From contig OZ024740.1 in assembly GCA_964016885.1 (NCBI GenBank), positions 288,858,001 to 288,922,000 on the forward strand: a DNA stretch of 64,000 nt, given 5' to 3'. A program made the position numbers and the translations under genes. This document shows, in pieces, positions 45,132 through 57,749 of this stretch (positions within the stretch are counted from its first letter, which is position 1; every line of letters starts with the position of its first letter). This stretch comes from Eledone cirrhosa. Lineage: Eukaryota. The notes under the pieces are model-generated. The model did not search any database. It was not told where the DNA came from and saw only the letters and a list, made by a program, of their open reading frames with translations.

Positions 45132-45613
45132 AATCAGCTCCTACACACATTCATTCAAAATTACCAAAATAACATTGACAAGTAGTTTGAAACTGTTTTC
45201 AGTAGCATTCAAATATGCAGGTGCAGACATTGCTTCATAATCATGTATATCACGTGAGTGAATTTGGTGGTAGATGGAAACTAAAGAAATACACCAAATA
45301 TGTTCACATCATGCCCCTTCACGTTTAAAAGCAGTGATGTTTAAGCGCCATATAAAAATTAATTCCTACAGTATAGCACTTTGTAAGTGACAATAAAAGT
45401 AGCAGTAATGAACTGAAAATTTACCTCTCAAACTTTTAGCTATAAATTCCTGACTTTACATTATACAAGCCTGACAACTGATTATTCATTTATACACTTC
45501 TCATAAAATTCGCTTTTACACCATCAGAAATACTAAAATGTAGCAAAATTTGTGATTCTGCCATTGAACATGTAATCAGGTCTTGCTAATTATCAATCAC
45601 TGGTGAGACAATT

Positions 45614-45674
45614 GTCTGTGAATCCCATTAATCTTCATTACTCAGATGAAACAGAAAAAAAACATCATTTCCAA
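45614..45674 (-). pseudogene. Degenerate SNORD126-like copy
   Basis: Guide mutated (TCTGTTTCA) and D box lost. Confidence 0.6.
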
Positions 45675-46367
45675 TGGGCTATGAAGAAACTATAATGTAT
45701 CACCCAAGTCAACAATGATAACTTAGTGAGTAAAAAATATCTATAACTCATTCAGTCTACCTAGCTTAAGTAGATAATGTTAGGTTGTAGCAAAACCTAA
45801 ACAGCTCTTAACTCTAGTACCCACGAAAAAGGAGTATTTAACCCTTTACATTACTCTATATATACTATTGTATTTTTGTGGTAAAGGCTTTATATTACAT
45901 AATTATCTCAATATCAAATCAGAGGTTTTGATTATTTATTTTGAGAACAATACCTAAATGGCAGCAAGTATGAGCAGCCAGCTACAGCATTTGGACTGAA
46001 AGAGGTGAGATAATTCTGGCCCGATTAAATACTGATTTATATCTATTCCCCCCCCCCCCCCCCCCAGCCTGCATGCAGTTATCGATTCCGGAATTAACTA
46101 TTTGTCTGAAGTAGTCCAACAAGTGTGGACATTATACATAAGTCTGACAAGAATTATGACCAATGATTATTCATTCACATACATTCTTTACTATTACCAA
46201 CACCAGAAATACTAAAATGTAGCAAAATTTCATATGGGTTTTATGAGGAAAGGTATAATCAGTAGCTAAGAGGTGATCCTGCCATTGAATATGTAATCAA
46301 GTCTTAATTATCAATCACTGTGGTGAGACAAGAATATTAAAACAATTATTTACAAGTATCAATTATT

Positions 46368-46440
46368 GTCTGTGGATCAGAAACCTATTAGTCTTCATTA
46401 CTCAGATGAAACACGGAAAATAACATCATTTCCAACAGAC
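46368..46440 (-). ncRNA. SNORD126-like box C/D snoRNA copy
   Basis: GTCTGT/ACAGAC stem, ATGATG, TCCGTGTTTCA-T-CTGA antisense to 28S TGAAACACGGA, ATGAAGA, CTGA. Confidence 0.8.
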
Positions 46441-46618
46441 GTTATATACTGGGCTATGAAGAAACTATAATGTACCACCCAAGTCAACAATGATAACTTA
46501 GTGAGTAAAAAATATCTATAACTCATTCAGTCTACCTAGCTTAAGTAGGTAATGTTAGGTTGTAGCAAAACCTAAATAGCTCTTAACTCAACTAACCACT
46601 AAAAAGGAGTGTTTAAAT

Positions 46619-46759
46619 CAGCAATTTCCCAACATTTGTACCCCTATGATACTCTTGGGAACCCCTGCAAAAATTAAATATGTATGCATTAGCTTATTTA
46701 TCAGTGTCTTGCAAAACCCCTAGTAACCTCTTGCAGAATGAGGGTTTCAGAAAACACTG
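46619..46759. mobile_element. Charlie-type MITE (duplicated at 48106-48245)
   Basis: CAGCAATTTCC...GAAAACACTG ends; imperfect 8-bp TSD GTTTAAAT/GTCTAAAT. Confidence 0.7.
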
Positions 46760-47080
46760 GTCTAAATACTGATTCACCCAGGTTGCTTGCAGTTGTTAAA
46801 TCCTGAACTAAGCACTCATTTGAAACAGTCTAACAATTAAATAGAAGTAGAATAGATAGCAAATGCAAACATTTATATACATCTCTTAAAATTCATTTTT
46901 ACTATTATCAACACCAGAAATACTAAAATGTAGCAAAATTTCATATGGTTTTATGAGGAAAGGTATAATCAGTAGCTAAGAAGTGATCCTGCCATTGAAT
47001 ATGTAATCATGTCTTACTAATTATCAATCACTGTGGTGAGACAAGAATATTAAAACAATTATTTACGATTATCAATTATT

Positions 47081-47154
47081 GTCTGTAGATCAGAAACCTA
47101 TTAGTCTTCATTACTCAGATGAAACACGGAAAAAAAACATCATTTCCAACAGAC
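47081..47154 (-). ncRNA. SNORD126-like box C/D snoRNA copy
   Basis: Same boxes, guide and terminal stem. Confidence 0.8.
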
Positions 47155-47854
47155 GTTATATACTGGGCTATGAAGAAACTATAATGTATCACCCAAGTCA
47201 ACAATGATAACTTAGTGAATAAAAAATATCTATAACTCATTCAGTCTGCTTAAGTAGGTAATGTTAGGTTGTAGCAAAACCTAAACAGCTCTTAACTCTA
47301 GTACCCACGAAAAAGGAGTGTTTAACCCTTTACATTACTCTATATATACTATTGTATTTTTGTGGTAAAGGCTTTATATTACATAATTATCTCAATATCA
47401 AATCAGAGATTTTGATTATTTATTTTGAGAACAATACCTAAATGGCAGCAAGTATGAGCAGCCAGCTACAGCATTTGGACTGAAAGAGGTGAGATAATTC
47501 TGACCCGATTAAATACTGATTTATATCTATTCCCCCCCCCCCCCCCCCCCCCAGCCTGCATGCAGTTATCGATTCCGGAATTAACTATTTGTCTGAAGTA
47601 GTCCAACAAGTGTGGACATTATACATAAGTCTGACAAGAATTATGACCAATGATTATTCATTCACATACATTCTTTACTATTACCAACACCAGAAATACT
47701 AAAATGTAGCAAAATTTCATATGGGTTTTATGAGGAAAGGTATAATCAGTAGCTAAGAGGTGATCCTGCCATTGAATATGTAATCAAGTCTTAATTATCA
47801 ATCACTGTGGTGAGACAAGAATATTAAAACAATTATTTACAAGTATCAATTATT

Positions 47855-47927
47855 GTCTGTAGATCAGAAACCTATTAGTCTTCATTACTCAGATGAAACA
47901 CGGAAAAAAACATCATTTCCAACAGAC
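47855..47927 (-). ncRNA. SNORD126-like box C/D snoRNA copy
   Basis: Same boxes, guide and terminal stem. Confidence 0.8.
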
Positions 47928-48566
47928 GTTATATACTGGGCTATGAAGAAACTATAATGTACCACCCAAGTCAACAATGATAACTTAGTGAGTAAAAAAT
48001 ATCTATAACTCATTCAGTCTACCTAGCTTAAGTAGGTAATGTTAGGTTGTAGCAAAACCTAAATAGCTCTTAACTCAACTAATCACTAAAAAGGAGTGTT
48101 TAAATCAGCAATTTCTCAACATTTGTACCCCTGTGATACTCTTGGGAACCCCTGCAAAAATTAATATGTATGCATTAGATTATTTATCAGTGTCTTGCAA
48201 AACCCCTAGTAACCTCTTGCAGAACGAGGGTTCCAGAAAACACTGGTCTAAATACTGATTCACCCAGGTTGCTTGCAGTTGTTAAATCCTGAACTAAGCA
48301 CTCATTTGAAACAGTCTAACAATTAAATAGAAGTAGAATAGATAGCAAGGGCAAACATTTATATACATCTCTTAAAATTCATTTTTACTATCATCAACAT
48401 GAGAAATACTAAAATGTAGCAAAATTTCATATGGTTTTATAAGGAAAGGTATAATCAGTAGCTAAGAAGTGATCCTGCCATTGAATATGTAATCAAGTCT
48501 TACTAATTATCAATCACTGTGGTGAGACAAGAATATTAAAACAATTATTTACAAGTATCAATTATT

Positions 48567-48639
48567 GTCTGTAGATCAGAAACCTATTAGTCTTCATTAC
48601 TCAGATGAAACACGGAAAAAAACATCATTTCCAACAGAC
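48567..48639 (-). ncRNA. SNORD126-like box C/D snoRNA copy
   Basis: Same boxes, guide and terminal stem. Confidence 0.8.
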
Positions 48640-49148
48640 GTTATATACTGGGCTATGAAGAAACTATAATGTATCACCCAAGTCAACAATGATAACATTG
48701 TATAACAGGGGATAAAAGAAAAAAAAAACCCTTAAAATTATGACTTTACCAGCCACAAAGCTATTATATTGAAAACTTCATCCTGTACAGCTCTAAAATC
48801 AAATTAAAAAGTAATCTTTTTTTACTTGACCAGTACAGACTTGCTCTATAACCTAGTGAAAATTGCACAAAATTAATTTGACTATACTAACCCATTTGTT
48901 ACCATATTTTTAATGAAATACACACTGCCTCTGATTTTCAAATAATCTAGAATTTAGAGATGTAGTATAAGCTTTCTCATCATTAAGATATTGTTCAAAA
49001 TGAAACTACAACATCATAAAATCAAAATGGTCTAGTATCATAAGGGTTAAGGTTGTACACTCAATTTGGCTATTCAGGTTATAGGGATTCATATGGTCGT
49101 TTTTGCCATATTAGAACCGAATACTGTACAAGAAATTGAATAAAATTA

Positions 49149-49403
<255 letters not shown>

Positions 49404-49469
49404 TTAAAAGTAAAAATCCAACTTCAACAGAGTGTCTGTAACATAGAAGCATTATTAAATACTACTTAC

Positions 49470-49524
49470 CCTCCTTATCCTGAATTTTTGCTTTGACATT
49501 TTCAATAGTATCACTGGGCTCAAC
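49470..49524 (-). CDS. RPS27A: RPS27A coding exon 2 (VEPSDTIENVKAKIQDKE)
   Basis: Ubiquitin residues 17-35; AG/GT boundaries. Confidence 0.97.
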
Positions 49525-50464
49525 CTAGTGACAAAAAAAAAAAAAACAACACATTTCAGCAATTACTTTCCTAGTTCAGTGGTCAGATTTACACAATTGT
49601 TCTTCCTTAGTATATAAATGTACCCAGCCCACTATAGTGGTAGTGCTGGTGCCATGATAAAATACATCCAATACGAAGAGCATCCAGCAATAGAAATCAT
49701 GCCAGAATGGAATGTATGAGCAAGAAATGGTCAACTGAACACAACAGCTTAACCCATGCAAGCATGAAAAATAAATATAAAATGACCCTTTCAGTGCTAG
49801 TTGATACCACTATGTGACATTTCAAGTGCGAACTAAATATCCACACAAGAAACCTATACATGGCAAGTTTTGGATAAAAATTATCCATCTAGTCATAATT
49901 TGCATATTCTTTAATATTTTATTTTCCAGAAAAGGCCTAATTTTTCTGTACATTTCTCATTGATCAGCTCTAGATTGAGATGAGAAAGAATAATTTTGCA
50001 TGTTTCACACAAGAACTATGGTCATAAACTACTTGGCATATACCAACAATATCCAGATTTACTGAAGAGCAGTACATAATGAAATGGCTGAGAAAAATTA
50101 GACAGTGCATTTGTATCTGTTGTCAGACAATATTATTCTATTCTAAAGCACAACAGGTTCATGGAGGAATGTAACCTAGTTTCAGGACATTTTGTAATTG
50201 AATTTAAGTATTCTTGGGGTCAATTGGAGACAGTTGCTCCTTGCCCCACGATCCTTCTAGGAATGAGGAGGCAAAATATTCAAGTATTCTTTGGATTATT
50301 TGCTTAAATTGCTGCACATAAATAAAGTCCTTATTTCATATACCTAAATTTTCAACACACAGCTGCTAAACAATCAATTCCATCTTAGCATTTGCAACAG
50401 GGGTCAGGGTCAAGTTTAGATAATCAATTAGTCCCTACTGGTATTAAATAAAATGATTGCTTAC

Positions 50465-50512
50465 CTCAAGTGTGATGGTCTTGCCAGTAAGGGTTTTTAC
50501 GAAGATCTGCAT
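50465..50512 (-). CDS. RPS27A: RPS27A coding exon 1 (MQIFVKTLTGKTITLE)
   Basis: ATG at 50512-50510; acceptor tttacag before 50523; donor gtaag. Confidence 0.97.
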
Positions 50513-50930
50513 GCTTGCAACCACTGTAAAATAAAACAAAACTAGCTTAGGCAACCAATATCAAATGGATTATTTATAAATTGAATCTTTGATTTTTATT
50601 TACCTCCTCTGATCAACCCAACCATTGCTGTATTTTATTTTACATTCATATAAATCAATTACAATAATTTTCTATTATATTATTTCAGTGGGTTTAGATT
50701 TCTCTGGAGTTTCTATTTAATCTGGCCTTTGTTAGTCATCATCATTGCCATTTTAACCCAGTTATTCCCTGCTAGCAAGGGTTCAACAGATCTACATAGA
50801 CCAAGCCAGTACTGAAGCAGGCTACTGACTTACAAGGCAGGATAGGGGTCTGTTTCTGAGATAAAATGCTAGAAAAATTGAAGCTAACAACCAAGTGACC
50901 GCTTCAATAATTTAACAGTAGAAAAATTAT

Positions 50931-50996
50931 TACTCAGAATATATAACTTAAGTGCAAATCACAGATTTCAGAAGTGTCCCAAGTGGTCATCACAGC
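50931..50996 (-). ncRNA. SNORD58-like box C/D snoRNA copy
   Basis: GTGATGA-CCACTTGGGACACTT-CTGA-..GTGATT..-CTGA; guide antisense to 28S GGTGTCC(T/C)AAG. Confidence 0.8.
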
Positions 50997-51435
50997 AATA
51001 ATTTTCTACTTCATTTATCAGCTTTACATAATTGTTTTTTTGTTTAACTTTTTTATGCAAACATTACTTTTGCTGGTCTCATCCCTTCATCACTCAAACT
51101 TAGCCCCTCTTGTAACCCATAAGGAAAAGCAGAGACCCACTAGACTAAAAAAAAAAAAAATCTTTGTTATGTCAGAACATCAATTTAATTAAGTGTACAT
51201 TGTCACAGACCCATCATTTGGAGCTTCTAAAGTAAACTGAAACCAGTTCAACAGCCTTTACATCACATTCTTATAGAAAAACTGCACTGAGGGGTTACCT
51301 TCCTCCTGTCCACCCTATTATTGTACATGATTTCGTTTCTACGCATGAGATGACTAGTCATATTTCATGCTTAAAGCCATTTTTTTCATATCATTCGCTG
51401 ATGTAACTACAACAGTTGAACCTAAAACGACTGTA

Positions 51436-51775
51436 TCATCATCATCATTTCATTTTACGTCCACTTTTCCCTGCTTGCAAGGGTGGGACGGGAACTGATT
51501 CTGGCTTGATTTCTACAGCTGGATGCCCTTCCTAACACCAACCTCATTTACAGTGAGTGCTGGGTGCTTTTTTGCTGTGGCACCTCCACGACCACTTTGC
51601 AGTGGAATGATATGAACCCCAGTCCCTATCATCTCATTTCTACAGCTGAGTAAACTGGAGCAATGTGAAATAAAGTGTCTTGCTCAAGGAAACAACACAT
51701 CACGCGGTCTGAGAATTGAACTCACAACCTTTCGATTGCAAGGCCAATGCTCTAACCACTAAGCCATGTGCCCCC
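51436..51775 (-). mobile_element. SINE inserted into one repeat unit
   Basis: Near-identical to 1853-2188; interrupts gactgtatc|aacactaat, which is intact in other units. Confidence 0.85.
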
Positions 51776-51804
51776 ATATCAACACTAATAAATAGGAAAA
51801 TCAT

Positions 51805-51869
51805 TACTCAGAATATATAACTTAGTGCAAATCACAGATTTCAGAAGTGTCCCAAGTGGTCATCACAGC
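51805..51869 (-). ncRNA. SNORD58-like box C/D snoRNA copy
   Basis: Identical boxes and guide. Confidence 0.8.
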
Positions 51870-52326
51870 AATAATTTTCTACTTCATTTATCAGCTTTAC
51901 ATAATTGTTTTTTTTGTTTAACCTTTTCATGCAAATATTACTTTTGCTGGTCTCATCCCTTCATCACTCAGACTTAACTCCTCTTGTAACCCATAAGGAA
52001 AAGCAGAGACCCACTAGACTAAAAAAAAAAATCTTGGTTATGTCAACAATTTAATTAAGTGTACATTGTCACAGACCCATCATTTGGAGCTTCTAAAGTA
52101 AACTGAAACCAGTTCAACAGCCTTTACATCACATTCTTATAGAAAAACTGCACTGAGGGGTTACCTTCCTCCTGTCCACCCTATTATTGTACATGATTTC
52201 GTTTCTACACATGAGATGACTAGTCATATTTCATGCTTAAAGCCATTTTTTCCTATCATTCCCTGATGTAACTACAAAAGTTGAACCTCAAATGACTGTA
52301 TCAACACTAATAAATAGGAAAATCAT

Positions 52327-52391
52327 TACTCAGAATATATAACTTAGTGCAAATCACAGATTTCAGAAGTGTCCCAAGTGGTCATCACAGC
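52327..52391 (-). ncRNA. SNORD58-like box C/D snoRNA copy
   Basis: Identical boxes and guide. Confidence 0.8.
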
Positions 52392-52847
52392 AATAATTTT
52401 CTACTTCATTTATCAGCTTTACATAATTGTTTTTTTTGTTTAACCTTTTCATGCAAATATTACTTTTGCTGGTCTCATCCCTTCATCACTCAGACTTAAC
52501 TCCTCTTGTAACCCATAAGGAAAAGCAGAGACCCACTAGACTAAAAAAAAAAATCTTGGTTATGTCAACAATTTAATTAAGTGTACATTGTCACAGACCC
52601 ATCATTTGGAGCTTCTAAAGTAAACTGAAACCAGTTCAACAGCCTTTACATCACATTCTTATAGAAAAACTGCACTGAGGGGTTACCTTCCTCCTGTCCA
52701 CCCTATTATTGTACATGATTTCGTTTCTACGCATGAGATGACTAGTCATATTTCATGCTTAAAGCCATTTTTTTCCTATCATTCGCTGATGTAACTACAA
52801 AAGTTGAACCTAAAATGACTATCAACACTAATAAATAGGAAAATCAT

Positions 52848-52912
52848 TACTCAGAATATATAACTTAGTGCAAATCACAGATTTCAGAAGTGTCCCAAGT
52901 GGTCATCACAGC
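52848..52912 (-). ncRNA. SNORD58-like box C/D snoRNA copy
   Basis: Identical boxes and guide. Confidence 0.8.
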
Positions 52913-54209
52913 AATAATTTTTCTGCTTTACATAATTGGTTTTTTAATGTTTAACCTTTTAACACAAACATCACTTTTGCTGTAGGTAGCAACAAATTTA
53001 GCTACGCCTACCTAAATGAACAGCTACAGCTGGTCTCATTCAATTTTCACTCAGACTTACTCCTCTTGCAACCCGTAGGCTACTAGTCAAGGCCCACTAG
53101 ACTAAAATAAAAAAAATCTTAGTTCTTATGTGAATATTAATTTATACAAATGTGTTGATTCCCTCAGCTGCCAAGGAAGGTCTCTAAAAGTTGTCAACTT
53201 TTGCTACCCAGGCAATCAAATTAGTAGTGGGGAGGATGCACTAGCTAGGAATAAGTTCAGAGATCTATTACCACTACTAACAACAAAATGCTGTTCTCTC
53301 ACAGAGTGAAGGGTAGACTGTGCAATATTACAAGGCAGTGAAACATGGGCCTTGACTGCAGAAGCTAGAAAGATATGAGTTGATATACTCCAATGGATGT
53401 GCAATGTTAGTGTGGATGAGCAACATAGAATAAACAGAGGGAAAATTTAGCATAAGAGGAATTGGATGTACTGTGCATTGAAGATAGCAGCTGCATAAAG
53501 AAATGCAGAGAAACCCCAGTGGATGGAACCCATGTAAGAAGATGGCATGAGGTGAGGTTATAAAAACTCACCTTAAAAAGCTAAACCTTACAACAGAAAT
53601 GACAGGAAACTGTGAGGGCTGGTGCTATGCAGCCCTGAAGAAGACCAGGTTTGCAACATACACTATTACCTGACCTACCTTCCACTAGCGCTCCCTAACA
53701 GTTATTCTCAACACAACTACTTCAACTTCCCAACATACATTAAAAAACAAAGGGCCAGTAGGACACTTTGTACAAACACACCCGTAGAAATCTTGCCAAA
53801 CAAAGGGTTGAGAGGACCATCAGTTATGCCAAACCTCTCCTGTGGACAAGGTGGAACGCAAGACAGATCCCTTTTCTTCAGTAGACTTGGTCTGTATGGA
53901 CCTGTGCAACCCCTGCTAGCACGGTAAGTGGACGATAAAACGACGATGAGATATTAGGAGTTACTTTCCTCCTGGCCACCCCATTATCATTTTACATGAT
54001 TTCGTTTCTACAAATGGGGTGACTAGTCATATTTCAGGATTAAAGCCTTTTTTTTCATCATTCACCGAAGTGACCCTTAGTAACTACAAAATTTAAAATA
54101 TGACGTCATATTTCATGCTTAAAGCCATTTTTTTTCTATCACTCCCTGATGTAACTACAAAAGTTGAACCTAAAACAACTGCATCAACACTAATAAATAG
54201 GAAAATCAT

Positions 54210-54274
54210 TACTCAGAATATATAACTTAGTGCAAATCACAGATTTCAGAAGTGTCCCAAGTGGTCATCACAGC
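54210..54274 (-). ncRNA. SNORD58-like box C/D snoRNA copy
   Basis: Identical boxes and guide. Confidence 0.8.
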
Positions 54275-54945
54275 AATAATTTTCTACTTCATTTAGCAGC
54301 TTTACATAATAGGCTATATAGCCGGTAAACGTTAAAGGGACGCAACACAGCACTTCACCAACCCCTTCCTTCTGTTGCCTGTATCCGTTGATGTATTTAC
54401 GTTACGAATGGACGACTATAACTAATTTATCTTTTAACAATTGATGGTGAAAATATTTCAAACTGTCTTAACTCATAGTGTCTAACACTCTTACCGGCTA
54501 CATAGCCTCTTCCTTTTTTAATGTTTAACCTTTTCGTGCAAATATTACTTTTGCTGGTCTCATCCCTCAGACGTATCCCCCTTGTAACCCATAAGGAAAA
54601 GCACAGGCCCACTAGACTTTTAAAAAAAAAAAAAAAATTCATCTTGCTAAAGTCAGAACATCAATTTAATTAAATGAGCACATTGTCATTGACCCCATCT
54701 TTTTTAAAATCATTTGGAACTTCTAAAGTAAACTGAAACCAGTTCAACAGCATTTATATCACATTCTTATAGTAAAACTGCACTTGTTAGAGAGGTTACT
54801 TTCCTCCTGTCCACCTTATTAATTTACATGATTTCGTTTGACTAATCACATTTCAGGATTAAAGCCATTTTTTTTCTATCATTCCCTGATGTAACTACAA
54901 AGGTTGAACCTAAAATGACTGTATCAACACTAATAGGAAAATCAT

Positions 54946-55010
54946 TACTCAGAATATATAACTTAGTGCAAATCACAGATTTCAGAAGTGTCCCAAGTGG
55001 TCATCACAGC
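54946..55010 (-). ncRNA. SNORD58-like box C/D snoRNA copy
   Basis: Identical boxes and guide. Confidence 0.8.
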
Positions 55011-55714
55011 AATAATTTTCTATTTCATTTATCAGCTTTACATAATTGTTTTTTTTCATACATACAGGCAAAGAAAATGAACGATAAACCGCAGTGATTT
55101 ACCTCCATGTAAGGCAGTTCAAATTCTTTTTTTTTTTGTTTTTATCACACATCAACATTAGCTAATAAAACTAATGTCATAATAACAGCGTTCGGAATTT
55201 AAAAAAAAATTCAAAAACCGTTTCATGAACTTTTAAAATACATGCGGTAGCCTCTGGCACAGGGTAGTATTCCTTGGCCGAAATAACCCGAAAACTATCC
55301 TCGTACTGGCGTCATAACATGCTCCCTGTATACACTGAGATGTGGTTTGTATTATGAAGGCAACCAGCTGAGGAAGCCATTTCGAAACCGTCATATATGT
55401 AAGCTAGACCTGGCACGGCTGACTAACTCCGATAAACTATTGATTTGGTCTACGACGACCGACTCTAACCCTTATGGACAAAAGCAAACAACCCATTTCC
55501 TTTCTAGGTAAACATTTTGGACACGAACGTGGAATAAAAATAGGCAACTCATCGCTATTTTTTTCCAACGGGACAAAATGTTGCTGAGACGATACCATCC
55601 CCACAACTTTTGCGGGGATGTAGGGGGCATATAGCAGTAGTCTGATTCGATGATACTAGCGTCACAATTAGTTGAAAATATAATTTTACCAAATCAAGAA
55701 TAAAACAAATTTTA

Positions 55715-56830
55715 GTACTTAGTACACACGCAATGGCGGAAAAATTAGTTTAAAGGAGGCACTTTCTCGAAACTAATTGTTGCAACAAAATTTATAAAGA
55801 ACGTCATATATATAAACACATAATAGGTGTCATTGGCAAAAGATCTCAAATGAAAAAATCTTGATTTCACATGTTCCCCAACATCTATATATAGATAGAT
55901 TCAAAAGGGAAGTCAGTGTTGCAAAATATGTACAAATTTTATTTTCATATTACATTTCGATATCGATCATCTCAGGAATACAACCCAAACGAATCTCGTA
56001 ACAGCTTCGAACGGCGCGCCGCCAGTAACTTGTTATACCACACACATACAAGTCAATGAGAAATCCAGAAAATAGATATTTCATTAATGATACACATATC
56101 ACGATGTGTGTGTGATTATTTGAACCGCAAGAATTGAAAACTCAATAACAATGAGTAATCCAAATACTGCAGGTGAAATCATTTAGACCGGTCTTGAAAC
56201 ATCAGAACTCCCTTTTCCTAGCGGAACACGAAATTCTACGCAGACATTTTAGTTACGACCATATTGTTATATTCGATCAGTATCAAATACTTATTTAACG
56301 AGTCCTCCCTAAGGGTGGTATTTTAGGAAGATCTTATTTCTACCAAGTATTCGGACATCGATGATTAAACGTGTCCTTACCTTAAGATGGCAGTATGACG
56401 GAAAATTGACAAAAAACGAACTGACTTAGTAATGTATAGACATTTTATACCCACAAAAATCAATTTCAACAGTGAAAAATACAAATTATTCTCGTTCTTT
56501 ACGACAAGTAATGAATTTATTATTAGCTTAATTTATATGTACACGCAGATTCCATGCTTGAGGAAAGAAATGGACTCCACGTGAAACAATCCCAATAATT
56601 AAAAGATCTCTCTCGCAACGATACGCCGTTTACTTACATATAAAATACATCACTATATAAGTAAAAGATTAAGCCAACGTAAATATATGTAAAATGAACA
56701 TTATTTATCACATTAAAGAGATATCTAAAGCAATTTTTGCTGGAGAAAACTTACCTGCTATGTACAGCAATGGCGAACTCCAATTGAAAGGACGATTGCC
56801 TCGTTTTCAGTAATAACCACGTGATCAAGA
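55715..56830 (-). promoter_or_regulatory. RPS27A: RPS27A promoter / non-coding first exon(s): TCT-like starts, YY1 GCCAT motifs, E-boxes
   Basis: cctttc..cgccattg..CAG|gtaagt (56755-56792); ttttccg..gccatcttAAG|gtaagg (56381-56407); ttttccgccattg (about 55730-55745); CACGTG at 56578 and 56818; locally CpG-rich. Confidence 0.65.
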
Positions 56831-57749
56831 TAGAATTTTTACTCTCGAAACAAAACGTTTATTCTTTGTTTTGCTTTTGTACATTTTGTCCTTCATATCA
56901 TTTTTTTTATTGCTGAATATGTTGCTCCTTTATTTTTTTATATTATTATAAACAATGTTATTTTATTCAGTGGCTTAAAAATAATTCATTCAATACAGTT
57001 CTTAGATACGAAACTGAGGCTGCCAGGATATTTCGCCATAGTAGTCATAAGAACAAAAATAATGGTTTCAGCACAAGGCCAGCAATTTTGGGGTGTGGGA
57101 AAGACGATTTAAACTGAGAACGCAAAAGACCGTAACTCTATATCGCTCTACTGATACTGCCAATCCACCGTAAGAACAAAAATAATATATCACTCAGACT
57201 TACCAGGTAGAATATACTAACATTGCTTGATGTCGGCAGCTCTACAAGCTGGACTCCAGCGTCGAGCAGCCCTTAAAACCAATGTCAGATCTGAGGCGTT
57301 ACAGTGTAGATAGCTAGACTCGGTGAGACCGTGTTACTTGAAGAAGGTTCCCTTAACGCGGTTGGTGAGAGTTATACCTTCTTCTAAAAGGAATATCTCA
57401 TGGATGGATGTTGCCAACATACCATCAGCTTTCCTGTGAGGAACAGTCTGCTGTATAAACTGATTGAGACACCAGTTGACATTAGTGAACGCCCAATCAT
57501 CATCCCCGTTTAACGTCCATTTTTCATACTAAACCAATATATGTTGGAGTCTACAGAGTAGCCTTATAGAAGCAGAAGCCTGGTCTATCTAGAGTTATGA
57601 ACTTGTAGATCATATCTAGTTATTCTATCATCTGCCTATATATTACAGATATGTTTAATCAAGGTTGATTGTAACTAAACAATATCTACAACAACTGGGA
57701 GAAGAAGACTGATGGACAACACAGTCAATAATACTTATATATTTTAAGC

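Larger units (their letters stand above)
45700..48695. repeat. Tandem duplication, ~1486 bp period, each unit with two snoRNA sub-repeats
   Basis: Offsets 46368->47855 (1487) and 47081->48567 (1486). Confidence 0.9.
50920..55055. repeat. ~520 bp tandem units (with divergent and interrupted copies) in RPS27A 5' intron
   Basis: Period 521-522 bp between 51805, 52327 and 52848. Confidence 0.9.

Noticed and set aside
45520-45545. 10-nt antisense to U6 (ATTTTAGTAT) next to CTGA on - strand
   Set aside because: AT-rich short match, no C box, and CTGA is absent in the other copies
56038-56114. CACACA/TGTGTG-closed hairpin, possible snoRNA
   Set aside because: Boxes are non-canonical and the stem is explained by dinucleotide repeats
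57225-57340. Possible divergent + strand first exon (MSAALQAGLQRR...)
   Set aside because: Short ORF ends in a stop; no convincing donor or downstream exons in the window
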